A stretch of DNA of 63,207 nt from Candidatus Rokuibacteriota bacterium (GCA_016184305.1 JACPCX010000177.1:1-63207); one strand, 5' to 3'. Positions 9,124-18,664 are shown, counted from the first letter of the stretch. Notes: generated from the sequence alone by a model not told the origin. Program-made: numbers and translations.

Positions 9124-10559
9124 GCCTCTTCGACCGCGCGCCCTTCATCGTGATCTGGGAGACGACCCGCGCCTGCGCGCTGTCCTGCGTGCATTGTCGC
9201 GCCGAGGCGATCTCCCGCCGCGATCCTGGCGAGCTCACCACCGAGGAAGGGAAGCGGCTGCTGGACCGCGTCGCGGCCTTCGGCGATCCCGCGCCGATCC
9301 TCGTGCTGACCGGGGGGGATCCGCTCCGCCGCCCCGACATCACCGAGCTCGTGTCCCATGGCACGGCGCGCGGCATCAGCATGTCGCTCACACCCAGCGG
9401 CACCGCCGCCGTCACCGAGCCGCGGCTCCGCGCCCTGCGCGATGCCGGGCTGGCCCGGCTCGCGGTGAGCCTCGATGGCGCCACGGCGGAGGCTCACGAC
9501 GCCTTCCGCCGGGTCCGCGGCTCCCACCGCTACACCATGCGCATCATCGAGCACGCGCGGGCGCTCTCGCTGCCGCTCCAGATCAACACGACCGTCTGCA
9601 AGCAGACGCTGCGCGATCTGCCGGCGCTCGCGCGGCAGATGGAGGAGTACGGCGTCGTCCTCTGGGCCCTCTTCTTCCTGATCCCCGTGGGACGGGCCGT
9701 GGCGGATCAGGGGCTGCCCGCGGAGGAGATCGAGCGGGTGCTCGAGTGGGCGGCCGATCTCGCCACGCGGGCCCCGTTCGGCGTCAAGACCACCGAGGCG
9801 CCCCACTACCACCGCGTGCTCGCTCAGCGGGGCCAGTCGAGCCGGCCGGCGAGCATCGGGGCCGACGCCGCTCCCGGCCGCCCCGTGGCGGCCGCCCCCG
9901 GCCTCATCGGACGCGCCGGCCGCGCCGTCACGGACGGCAACGGCTTCGTCTTCGTCGATCACGTGGGCCGGATCTGCCCCAGCGGCTTCCTCCCCATGCC
10001 GGCGGGCAATGTCAGGACCGACGACCTGGTCGCCGTGTACCGCGAGCACCCGCTCTTCACGTCCCTGCGCGATCCCGCCCGGCTCGGCGGCCGCTGCGGC
10101 CGCTGCGAGTACCGCGATGGCTGCGGCGGAAGCCGGGCGCGCGCGTGGGCCGCGTCGAAGGACCCGCTCGCCGAGGACCCCGGCTGCGCCCATGTGCCGG
10201 GGCGCGCGCGTCCCGGGTCTGCGTGTGCCGCGACGGCCGCCCCCGTGATCGCGGGAGGATCGGATGCGCGTCCCGAGGTCACCGGAGAGCAGGTGACGCA
10301 GGCGCTCCGGACGGTGTTCGATCCAGAGCTCGGGATGTCCATCGTCGAGCTCGGCCTTGTCTACGGCATCGCCATCGACAACGGCGCAGTCAGGATCACG
10401 ATGACGCTGACGACGCCGGGCTGCCCGATCCAACACGTCATGCTTCAGTGGGTCCGGGAAGCCCTGATGCCAGTCCCCGGGGTGGAGCAGGTCGAGGTGG
10501 CCATCACCTTCGACCCGCCGTGGACGCCGGAGCGCATCATGCTCCCCTCGTCCCGCTGA
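9120..10559 (+). CDS. Radical SAM/SPASM protein (TIGR04053 / AhbD-NirJ-like) fused to C-terminal DUF59 (SufT/PaaD-like)
   Basis: WETTRACALSCVHCRA, LTGGDPL, SPASM CGRCEYRDGCGGSRARA..DPGC, then DPELGMSIVELGLVY..TTPGCP..FDPPW. Confidence 0.9.
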   Translation: MSLFDRAPFIVIWETTRACALSCVHCRAEAISRRDPGELTTEEGKRLLDRVAAFGDPAPILVLTGGDPLRRPDITELVSHGTARGISMSLTPSGTAAVTEPRLRALRDAGLARLAVSLDGATAEAHDAFRRVRGSHRYTMRIIEHARALSLPLQINTTVCKQTLRDLPALARQMEEYGVVLWALFFLIPVGRAVADQGLPAEEIERVLEWAADLATRAPFGVKTTEAPHYHRVLAQRGQSSRPASIGADAAPGRPVAAAPGLIGRAGRAVTDGNGFVFVDHVGRICPSGFLPMPAGNVRTDDLVAVYREHPLFTSLRDPARLGGRCGRCEYRDGCGGSRARAWAASKDPLAEDPGCAHVPGRARPGSACAATAAPVIAGGSDARPEVTGEQVTQALRTVFDPELGMSIVELGLVYGIAIDNGAVRITMTLTTPGCPIQHVMLQWVREALMPVPGVEQVEVAITFDPPWTPERIMLPSSR

Positions 10560-10757
10560 CCCGACTCCACCGCCCCACACAGCCCGGGGGCACCCGGCCC
10601 ATTGACAGCGTCCCGGGCGCCTGTCGTCCGCGTCCGCCTCCGGGACCTGGCCGAGCTCCGCGTCAAGAACTCCGGCGCCGGACGGCCGCGACCCAGCTCG
10701 GCCCGGGCCGGAGGGGAACCGGCGGCGGCCCCTCCCGCGCAGGCGGATTCTTCTCCG

Positions 10758-10773
10758 TATGACCTGCATCATA
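10758..10773. promoter_or_regulatory. Crp/Fnr-type operator upstream of the HCO/eNOR operon
   Basis: TATGA-CCTGCA-TCATA, same arms as the 6623 box. Confidence 0.7.
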
Positions 10774-10848
10774 GGGTGCGGTTCCGCCCGCATTCTACCG
10801 TCTGGTCATCACGCGGGGTGCTTCACCCACTCACACGGAGGGCGAGGA

Positions 10849-11019
10849 ATGGCGGACAAGGGCGGCGCGCGCGGCAAGGATCCGGAGGAGAAAGTCCCAC
10901 TGGCCCAGGCGTTCTTCGACAACATCTTCCTGCTGCTCGTGCTGGGGATCGTGGTCCCCACCGTCTTCTACACGATCTGGGGTCTCTTCGAGATCGCCAG
11001 CATCCCGCTCGCGAAATAG
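10849..11019 (+). CDS. Small single-TM subunit of the heme-copper enzyme (subunit IIa-like)
   Basis: FFDNIFLLLVLGIVVPTVFYTIWGLFEIASIPLAK, immediately upstream of subunit II, with RBS. Confidence 0.8.
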   Translation: MADKGGARGKDPEEKVPLAQAFFDNIFLLLVLGIVVPTVFYTIWGLFEIASIPLAK

Positions 11020-11029
11020 GAGGACCGCC

Positions 11030-11557
11030 ATGAGCCTGCAGACTCTCCAGGGCGTCTGGTGGAAGAAGGTCGACGCGAGCGAGAAGATGTGGATCGGCAT
11101 CGCGCTGGTCTGGTGCCTGATCCTCTTCGCCATGATGCCGCTCTGGCATCTCAAGGGCGGGCAGAACCCCTCCTTCGAGACCTACCGGACCAGCCCCGAG
11201 CAGTTCCTGAAGAAGGTCGAGGCCTTCGTGGAAAAGGGGCCCAAGGCGGGTGAGGAGAAGGGCCTTCCGGTGATCGCCCCCGATCCGAAGACCGAGGTCT
11301 TCATGCTGGGGCGCCTCTGGCAGTGGTACCCGGCGCTCAAGCTGAAGAAGGGCGAGACCTACCGCCTGCACCTCTCCTCCATGGATCTGGTCCACGGCTT
11401 CTCCCTCTTCCCCCTCAACCTGAACTTCATGGTTCTTCCGGGCTACGAGTACGTCCTGACCATCACGCCGACCACCACGGGCGAGGTCTTCGTGGTCTGC
11501 AACGAGTTCTGCGGGATCGGGCACCACCAGATGGTGGGCAAGATCACGGTCGAGTAG
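11030..11557 (+). CDS. Heme-copper oxidase/eNOR subunit II (CuA)
   Basis: One TM helix, DLVHGF and CNEFCGIGHHQM CuA ligands. Confidence 0.93.
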   Translation: MSLQTLQGVWWKKVDASEKMWIGIALVWCLILFAMMPLWHLKGGQNPSFETYRTSPEQFLKKVEAFVEKGPKAGEEKGLPVIAPDPKTEVFMLGRLWQWYPALKLKKGETYRLHLSSMDLVHGFSLFPLNLNFMVLPGYEYVLTITPTTTGEVFVVCNEFCGIGHHQMVGKITVE

Positions 11558-11568
11558 AGGAGACAAGC

Positions 11569-13236
11569 ATGGAAGCCGTCTACAGAACCTGCGCGCAGAC
11601 CGGTCTCAAGGTCCACAACCACGCCGAGCGCCTCATCAGGGCGAACGCCGTGGCCGGCGTCGTCTCGATTCTCTTCGGCGGCATCGCGGCCATCCTGGTG
11701 CTGCTCACACGGTGGCCGGCAGTGCACCTGCTGGATCCCACCAGCTTCTACCGGGCGCTGACCTTCCACGGCATCAACATGCTCATCTTCTGGATCATCT
11801 TCTTCGAGGTCGCCGTCCTGTACTTCGCGGGCCCCATCGTGCTGGGCTCGCGCCTGGCCTGGCCCAGGATCGGGTGGGTCTCCTTCGTCCTCATGGTGGC
11901 GGGTACGCTCCTCATCAACATCGCCATCCTGCAGGGCAAGGCCGACGTGATGTTCACCTCCTACGCTCCGATGCAGGCCGCGTCCCACTTCTATCTCGGC
12001 TGGATCCTCTTCGCCGTGGGCGCGCTGGTCGCGGTCTGCAACTTCTTCGCGAGCCTCGTGGTGGCCAAGGCCGAGCGCACCTACACCGGCTCCATCCCGC
12101 TCGTCACCTTCGGGGCGGCCACCGCCGGCATCATCGCGGTCGTCACGCTGGCCCACGGTGCCATCATCTACATCCCCACCTGGCTCTGGTCGCTGGGGAT
12201 CATCGAGAAGATCGACCCGGGAATCTACCGCCTGATCTGGTGGGGCCTCGGCCACTCCTCGCAGCAGATCAACGTGACCGCCATGGTCAGCATCTGGTAC
12301 CTCCTGGCCACGCTCACCGTCGGCGCGACGCCCATCAACGAGAAGGTGTGCCGCTCGGCCTTCCTCCTCTACATCCTCTTCATCAACCTGGCCTCGGCCC
12401 ACCACCTGCTCGTGGACCCGCAGCTGTCCCCCGCGTGGAAGATCTGGAACACCAGCTACGGCATGTACCTGGCGGTGCTGGCCAGCATGATCCACGGCAT
12501 GACGGTGCCCGCCTCGGTGGAGGTGGCGCAGCGGAAGAAGGGCCTCACCAAGGGGCTCTTCGAGTGGCTCGCCAAGGCGCCCTGGGGCAATCCGGGCTTC
12601 GCGGCGCTCGCGCTGTCGCTCTCCCTCTTCGGCTTCATCGGCGGCATCACCGGCGTCACCTTCGGCGCCGAGCAGATCAACATCATCTCCCACAACACGC
12701 TCCGGATCACCGGCCACTTCCACGCCACCGTGGTGGCGGGCACGACGATCGCCTTCATGGGGCTCACCTACTACGTGGTGCCGCTCATCTTCCGGCGCCA
12801 TCTGATCTCCACGAAGCTCGCCACGGCGCAGATTTACCTCTTCGGCATCGGCATGACGATCTTCATCGGCGGCATGACGACGGCCGGCTCCTACGCCATC
12901 CCGCGGCGCCACTGGGACGTGCAGTTCGCCACGTCGCTCTTCCAGCCGCCGGTGGAGGCCGCAGCGTTCGCCTTCCTGGGCATCATGGGCGTGGGCGGAC
13001 TCTTCGCGCTCGCGGGCGGCGCTCTCTACGTGCTGATCACGGTGGGCTCGGTGCTCTTCGGGCGCCGCGTGCCTGACACCCCCGGCGCGGTCCCGCTGGC
13101 CGCCATGCCCCAGGACAAGGGGCAGCACGTGCCGATCAAGGGCACCACGGTCCTGGTCCTTGTCTTTCTCGCATCCTTCATCATCTACTACTTCCTCAAC
13201 TGGAAGTGGCTGGCCGCCATCTGGATCGTGAAGTGA
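11569..13236 (+). CDS. Heme-copper superfamily subunit I, eNOR-type nitric oxide reductase
   Basis: All six His present (LTFHG, GLGHSSQQ, SAHHL, TGHFHA). The HPEVY Tyr position is Gln. Confidence 0.85.
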   Translation: MEAVYRTCAQTGLKVHNHAERLIRANAVAGVVSILFGGIAAILVLLTRWPAVHLLDPTSFYRALTFHGINMLIFWIIFFEVAVLYFAGPIVLGSRLAWPRIGWVSFVLMVAGTLLINIAILQGKADVMFTSYAPMQAASHFYLGWILFAVGALVAVCNFFASLVVAKAERTYTGSIPLVTFGAATAGIIAVVTLAHGAIIYIPTWLWSLGIIEKIDPGIYRLIWWGLGHSSQQINVTAMVSIWYLLATLTVGATPINEKVCRSAFLLYILFINLASAHHLLVDPQLSPAWKIWNTSYGMYLAVLASMIHGMTVPASVEVAQRKKGLTKGLFEWLAKAPWGNPGFAALALSLSLFGFIGGITGVTFGAEQINIISHNTLRITGHFHATVVAGTTIAFMGLTYYVVPLIFRRHLISTKLATAQIYLFGIGMTIFIGGMTTAGSYAIPRRHWDVQFATSLFQPPVEAAAFAFLGIMGVGGLFALAGGALYVLITVGSVLFGRRVPDTPGAVPLAAMPQDKGQHVPIKGTTVLVLVFLASFIIYYFLNWKWLAAIWIVK

Positions 13237-13243
13237 GGCGGTC

Positions 13244-14668
13244 ATGCGCACATCGGGCCATCGCATCCCCTCTCCCTCCCTCGGGGGGGAGAGGGAGATC
13301 AGCTCGCTCACGGTCGTGCCGGCCGCCACCCGGCGGCTCCTGATCGGGTGGCTCTCGCTCGCGCTGGCGTCGTTGGTGGTGGCCGGCATCTTCGCCGCGA
13401 TCGCCGCCTTCGCGCGCACGCCGGTCGTCCACACCCTCTTCTCCCCCAACGCGTTCCGGCTGGCGCTGACCTCGCACGTCACCTTCGCCTTCACCGTCTG
13501 GTTCGTCACCTTCGCGGGCGTGCTCTGGATCTACGTGGCCTGGCGGTCCAACTACCCCCTGGGCGTCGGCGCCTCCTGGGCCGCGCTGTCCCTGGCCGCG
13601 CTGGGCTCGGCGGCCATGGCGGTGCCGGCCTTCCTGGCCTCGGGCCAGCCCTACCTCAACGACTATCTCCCCGTGATCGACCAGCCGTTTTTCTGGGCAG
13701 GCCTGGTCCTGGTGGCGGCGGGCTTGAGCCTGGAGGCCGCGGCCTATCTGGCCGCCGCACTCCAGGGCGAGCGCCGGGCGCGGCGCCAGGGCGCGGCAGC
13801 CGGCTCGCCCGAGGGGCTCGCCATGGCGGCGGGCGCCGTCGCCATGCTGCTCGCCGTCGCGGCCACCGTGCTCGCCTTCTGGCGCCTCGATCCGGCCCTG
13901 CCCTTCGGCTACTCGCTCCGCGCCCTCGTCTGGGGCGGCGGGCACATCCTCCAGTACCTGCATGTGACCGGCATGGCCACGGGGTGGATCGTCGCCATCT
14001 CGGTGGCCCTGGTCACCGTGTTTCCCGCGCGCCGCGTCCTCCGGATACTCCTCTGGGTGCTCCTGCCCTTCATGGCGGCGGCCACCGCCTCGTACCTGGT
14101 GTGGCGGCCCGAGGAGCTCCTCATCAACCACCTGATCACGATCCTCACCTTCGGCGGCCTCGGCGCCGCCGGGGTGCCCGTGTTCTTCATGGCGGCGAGC
14201 GCCGTGGTGGCGGCGGGGCGCCCGCTGCCGTGGGCGAGCCCGCTCTTCGGCGGCACCGTCGTCTCCTTCGCGCTCTACGCCATCGGCGGCGTCATGGGGC
14301 TCATCGGCTTCACCCAGGACACGCGAGTGCCGGCCCATTACCACGGCATGGTCGGCGCCGTGACGCTCGCCTACATGGGGCTCACGCCCATGCTGCTCGA
14401 GATCTGCGGCCGCCGCCCGTGGAGCGCGAGGCTCACCCGGTGGCAGCCCTATCTCTACGGCATCGGGCTCCTCGGCATCATGATCGGCATGCACTGGGCC
14501 GGCGGGCACGGCGCCCCGCGAAAGACCTTCGGCTTCACCTGGGCCACTGCGCAGGCCATCCTGGGGATGAACATCATGGGGGCCGGCTCCGTACTCGCGA
14601 TCCTGGGCGGGCTCGCCTTCGTGCTCAACATGGGAATCCCGCTCGTCACGCGGAGGCGCCAATGCTGA
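13244..14668 (+). CDS. Degenerate heme-copper subunit I paralog (COX1 fold)
   Basis: About 12 TM; LTSHVTF, WGGGHILQ, VPAHYHG, GAPRK. The HH pair is absent. Confidence 0.75.
   Translation: MRTSGHRIPSPSLGGEREISSLTVVPAATRRLLIGWLSLALASLVVAGIFAAIAAFARTPVVHTLFSPNAFRLALTSHVTFAFTVWFVTFAGVLWIYVAWRSNYPLGVGASWAALSLAALGSAAMAVPAFLASGQPYLNDYLPVIDQPFFWAGLVLVAAGLSLEAAAYLAAALQGERRARRQGAAAGSPEGLAMAAGAVAMLLAVAATVLAFWRLDPALPFGYSLRALVWGGGHILQYLHVTGMATGWIVAISVALVTVFPARRVLRILLWVLLPFMAAATASYLVWRPEELLINHLITILTFGGLGAAGVPVFFMAASAVVAAGRPLPWASPLFGGTVVSFALYAIGGVMGLIGFTQDTRVPAHYHGMVGAVTLAYMGLTPMLLEICGRRPWSARLTRWQPYLYGIGLLGIMIGMHWAGGHGAPRKTFGFTWATAQAILGMNIMGAGSVLAILGGLAFVLNMGIPLVTRRRQC
13268..13295. repeat. CCCTCTCCC..GGGAGAGGG palindrome at the 5' end of the paralog gene
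   Basis: CCCTCTCCC-N10-GGGAGAGGG, same family as the 7175 element. Confidence 0.55.
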
Positions 14669-15531
14669 TCGCCGCCTACGTCGAGTCGCTCAAGCTGCGC
14701 GTCGGCACCTTCATCGGCATGGCGGCGGTCCTCGGTTACATCGCCACGGCCCCCGCGGGTCTGGCGCTGCCGTCGCTGGCAATCCTCTTCGCCGTCACCG
14801 TCATGGCGGCGGGCGGCGCGGGCGCGCTGAACCATTTCCTCGACCGGGACCTCGACGCCCGGATGCCCCGCACCGCCAGGCGTCCCCTGCCCTCGGGGCG
14901 CATCCGCCACCCCTGGCACGTGGTGGCGCTGGGGCTGGGGCTCGTGATGCTCGCGGTGAGCCTGGCCCTGTGGCAGCTGAACCGGCTGGTCGCTCTTCAC
15001 GTGTTCCTCGGGGCCTTCACCTACGTGGTCGTCTACACGATCTGGCTCAAGCGGCGCTCCTGGCTCAACGTGGTGATCGGCGGACTGGCCGGCTCCTTCG
15101 CCGTGCTGGCGGGCGGCGCGCTGGCCCGCCCCGAGCTCTGCCTGCCGCCGGTCATCTTCGCCGCCGTGCTCTTCTTCTGGAGCCCGTCGCATTTCTGGTC
15201 TCTCGCCATCGCCTACAAGACCGAGTATGCGGGAGCCCTGATCCCCATGCTCCCCGCGGTCAAGGGAGAGGCCCGCACCGCCCGGAGCATCCTTCTCAAC
15301 ACGGTGGGGCTCCTGGCCTCGAGCCTCCTGCCCTTCGCCCTCGGCATGCTCGGCTGGGTCTACCTCGTCCTCGGCGTGCTGCTCGGTGGAGGACTCCTCC
15401 TGACTCGCAACCTGCAGCTCGCGCGCCGGCCGGGGGACCGAAGGCTCGCGCTCACCAACTTTCACGCCTCGAACCTCTTCCTCCTGCTCCTGTTCCTGGC
15501 CGTGGTCATCGACGTCGTGGCTCGACGCTAA
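14662..15531 (+). CDS. ctaB: Protoheme IX farnesyltransferase (heme O synthase)
   Basis: NHFLDRDLDARMPRTARRPLPSG, YTIWLKRRS, FWSPSHFWSLAI..EY..IPMLP. Confidence 0.93.
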   Translation: MLIAAYVESLKLRVGTFIGMAAVLGYIATAPAGLALPSLAILFAVTVMAAGGAGALNHFLDRDLDARMPRTARRPLPSGRIRHPWHVVALGLGLVMLAVSLALWQLNRLVALHVFLGAFTYVVVYTIWLKRRSWLNVVIGGLAGSFAVLAGGALARPELCLPPVIFAAVLFFWSPSHFWSLAIAYKTEYAGALIPMLPAVKGEARTARSILLNTVGLLASSLLPFALGMLGWVYLVLGVLLGGGLLLTRNLQLARRPGDRRLALTNFHASNLFLLLLFLAVVIDVVARR

Positions 15532-15684
15532 GCCTGCGCGCGCACCGGGCCAGCGGGGCCTGGCGAGGCGCCGGGCCGCCTGGAGGCGGGCTTCCTGCCG
15601 ATCACATACGCTCATGCGGCTGGCAGGCCCACTTCCTGCTAAGGTAGGGGCCGACCCGAGACAGCTGGGAGGGCAAGCCGAAGC

Positions 15685-17208
15685 GTGCGCGCGGGAATCG
15701 GCCGGCAGATCAACATCGCCATCGGGGCGGGCTTCGCCCTCGTCCTCGTGGTGGGCGGAATCTCCGTGCTGCTGGCCTGGACCATCTCCGCGGGAGTTGA
15801 GGAGGGGCGGCACCGGCGGTTCGAGGTCGATGCCATCAACCGGATCCACAGCACCGTTCACCACTTCGTCGCTCACCTCCACCTGGCGCTCCTGGGCACT
15901 GCAGCGCCCGGGCACCCGTCCCCCGCGGAGATCCTCGACGAGCTGAAGCGGCGGATCGCCGCATACCATGCCTTCGAGCGGACCCAGGGGAGCGATGAGT
16001 CACGCCAGGAGCTGGGTCGCCTCTCGGAGCTGCAGGCCCTGGTGGCCCAGCTCGAGGTCGCCTCCCGAGCGGTGCTCGGGGCCCTTGGCCGAGGTCAGCC
16101 ACCCACCGCCGCCGAGGTGGTGGCCATCAACGAGCTGGCCCATGAGCGGGTCGCGGGAATCGTCCAGGAGCTGCACACCGTACACGAGCGGAAGCTCGAG
16201 CGCGCCATCGACGGAACCCAGCGGCGGATGTTCCTGATCTCGAGCTTGTACGTGACGTTCGCGGTGGGCGGCGCATCGCTGCTCCTCCTCGGCAACCGGT
16301 TCCTGTCCCGGCGCCTCGTCTCGCCCATCGGCCGTCTCGCCCAGGCTGCCCTGCGCATCGCCGGTGGCGACCTCGCCCAGCGCGTTCCCGTCCGATCCGG
16401 GGACGAGGTGGGGCGGCTCTCCCGGGCGTTCAACGTCATGACCGAGCGCCTGGAGGCGCACGAGGCCGAGCGGCTGAACTTTCAGGCGGAGCTCGAGCGG
16501 CAGGTCAAGGAGCGAACGCGCGAGCTCGAGGACACCGCAGCAAGGCTCCAGGCCACGCAGGCCGAGCTCATCCGGTCCGAGCGGATCGCCGTGACGGGCC
16601 AGATCGCGGCCGGGGTCACGCACGAGATCCGCACCCCCCTCAACTCCCTCGCGATCAACGTCCAGCTGCTCCGCCGGGAGCTCTCGGCCGAGGCCGCCCC
16701 GGCGTCGCTGCGCGAGGCCCTCGGCACCTTCGCCATGGTGGAGTACGAGATCACGCGGATCAACCGGATCCTGGAGGAGTTCGTCAGGTTCGCGCGTCTC
16801 CCGGCGCCGCGGTTCGAGACCGTCGAGATCGGCGCCCTCCTGCAGGAGATCCTTGGGCTGCTGGGCCCCCAGGCGGCCAGGGCCGGCGTGCGCCTCGAGG
16901 CCCGGCGGCTCTCGCCGGGGGCCGCCGTGAGAGGGGATCCGGATCAGCTGCGCGAGGTCTTCCTCAACCTGGGCCAGAACGCGCTGCAGGCCATGCCGAA
17001 CGGGGGCGCGCTCGGCCTGGAGGTGACCCGGGAGGCGATCTTCGTTCCCTTCGTCAGCAGCAAGGCCGACGGTCTCGGCCTCGGGCTTCCCATCGTCAAG
17101 CGGATCGTCGAGGAGCACGGGGGAAGCGTGTCGTGCCAGAACCGTGTCGGGGGCGGGGCCAGCTTCCTCGTCCGGCTTCGCGCCGCCGGGCCCTCCACCG
17201 GGGGGTGA
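15685..17208 (+). CDS. HAMP sensor histidine kinase; ATPase domain lacks the G1 box
   Basis: 2 TM, HAMP, HEIRTPLN, N box LNLGQNALQAM, then directly IFVPF and GLGLGL. Confidence 0.8.
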   Translation: MRAGIGRQINIAIGAGFALVLVVGGISVLLAWTISAGVEEGRHRRFEVDAINRIHSTVHHFVAHLHLALLGTAAPGHPSPAEILDELKRRIAAYHAFERTQGSDESRQELGRLSELQALVAQLEVASRAVLGALGRGQPPTAAEVVAINELAHERVAGIVQELHTVHERKLERAIDGTQRRMFLISSLYVTFAVGGASLLLLGNRFLSRRLVSPIGRLAQAALRIAGGDLAQRVPVRSGDEVGRLSRAFNVMTERLEAHEAERLNFQAELERQVKERTRELEDTAARLQATQAELIRSERIAVTGQIAAGVTHEIRTPLNSLAINVQLLRRELSAEAAPASLREALGTFAMVEYEITRINRILEEFVRFARLPAPRFETVEIGALLQEILGLLGPQAARAGVRLEARRLSPGAAVRGDPDQLREVFLNLGQNALQAMPNGGALGLEVTREAIFVPFVSSKADGLGLGLPIVKRIVEEHGGSVSCQNRVGGGASFLVRLRAAGPSTGG

Positions 17209-17211
17209 GCG

Positions 17212-18561
17212 GTGGAACACCTCATCCTCCTGGCCGAGGACGATTCCCACACGCGCGAGGGCCTGCGCCGGGCCATGACGCGGGCCGGGTACCGGACGCT
17301 GACGGCAGCTGACGGGGGGGCGGCCCTCGCCATCCTGAAGTCGGAAGCCGTCGATGTTCTCCTCTCCGACCTGAAGATGCCGGGCGTGGACGGCATGGCC
17401 CTGCTCGACCGGGTCCGGGCCGATTTTCCGGAAACGGCCGTGATCATCCTCACGGGCTTCGCCACCGTCGGCCTCGCCGTCGAGGCGATGAAGAAAGGCG
17501 CCTACGACTTCCTCACCAAGCCCATCGATCTCGGCAAGCTCGAGCTTCTGCTGGGGCACGCCCTGGAGGCCCGGAGACTCACCCGGGAGAACCGCGAGCT
17601 CAGGCTCCGCCTGCGCGAGACCGCCGGGCTCAAGCCGCTCCTGGGTCGCTCCGCCGCCATGCAGCGCCTCCGGGAGACGATCGAGCTGGTGGCCGCCACC
17701 GATGCGGCGGTCCTGGTCCTCGGGGAAAGCGGCACGGGGAAGGAGCTGGCGGCGCATGCCATTCACTACGGCGGGGCGCGGGCCGAGCGCCCCTTCGTCA
17801 AGGTGAGCTGCGCCGCGCTTCCCGACGGGCTGCTCGAGTCGGAGCTGCTCGGTCACGAGCGCGGGGCCTTCACCGGCGCCCGGGACCGACGCAAGGGCCG
17901 GTTCGAGCTGGCCCACGGGGGCACGCTGTTCCTGGACGAGGTGGGAGACATGAGCCCCCAGACCCAGGCGAAGCTCCTCCGCGTCCTCCAGGAGCGGGAG
18001 TTCGAGCGGGTGGGCGGGACGGACACGATCCGCGTGGACGTCCGGCTCATCACCGCCACCAACCGCGACCTCGAGGGCCTCGTGGCCGAGGGCGCGTTCC
18101 GCGAAGATCTCTACTACCGGCTGAATGTCGTTCCCCTCCGGATGCCGCCCTTGCGCGAGCGCGTCGAGGACATCCCGGCCCTGACGGCGCATTTCCTCGG
18201 CGCCTGCGCCGAGCGGTGGGGCAAGCCCATCCCGGAACCGACCCCCGAGGCCCTGGCGCTCCTCTGCCGCTACTCCTGGCCCGGCAATGTCCGCGAGCTG
18301 CAGCACGTCGTGGAGTCCATGCTCGTGTTCTCGCGGGGCGGCCCGATTGCGGCCGAGGACCTCCCTCCTGCCATTCGGGGCGACGAGAGGACTCCCGATC
18401 CGGCAGAGCGCCACTCCGGAGCCACGCTCCGGAACCTTGAGCGCCAGGCTGTCGCCCGGACGCTTCTCGCCACCGGCGGGAACCGGCGCAAGGCGGCCGA
18501 GATCCTGGGGATCGGGCTCAAGACCCTCTATCGGAAGATCCAGGAGTTCCATCTCCGGTAG
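17212..18561 (+). CDS. sigma54-dependent response regulator (NtrC/AtoC family)
   Basis: REC (EDD, SDLKMP), GESGTGKE, GAFTGA, LDEV, Fis HTH. Confidence 0.95.
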   Translation: MEHLILLAEDDSHTREGLRRAMTRAGYRTLTAADGGAALAILKSEAVDVLLSDLKMPGVDGMALLDRVRADFPETAVIILTGFATVGLAVEAMKKGAYDFLTKPIDLGKLELLLGHALEARRLTRENRELRLRLRETAGLKPLLGRSAAMQRLRETIELVAATDAAVLVLGESGTGKELAAHAIHYGGARAERPFVKVSCAALPDGLLESELLGHERGAFTGARDRRKGRFELAHGGTLFLDEVGDMSPQTQAKLLRVLQEREFERVGGTDTIRVDVRLITATNRDLEGLVAEGAFREDLYYRLNVVPLRMPPLRERVEDIPALTAHFLGACAERWGKPIPEPTPEALALLCRYSWPGNVRELQHVVESMLVFSRGGPIAAEDLPPAIRGDERTPDPAERHSGATLRNLERQAVARTLLATGGNRRKAAEILGIGLKTLYRKIQEFHLR

Positions 18562-18619
18562 AAGTCTCCGAAGCTGCCTCCTGTCTCCTCCCGCCCGCGG
18601 CCGCGTGGCCGGTAGCCCT

Positions 18620-18664
18620 TGTCATCTTGACCGCAACGGACTGGCCCGGCGAGTCGTTTTGACA
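18620..18664. promoter_or_regulatory. Paired bEBP enhancer sites
   Basis: TGTCATCTTGAC and GTCGTTTTGACA, about 3 helical turns apart, 100-140 bp upstream of the sigma54 promoter. Confidence 0.55.

Noticed and set aside
11569-13236. Calling this an aerobic ba3/aa3 cytochrome c oxidase
   Set aside because: The catalytic Tyr of HPxVY is absent (HSSQQ).
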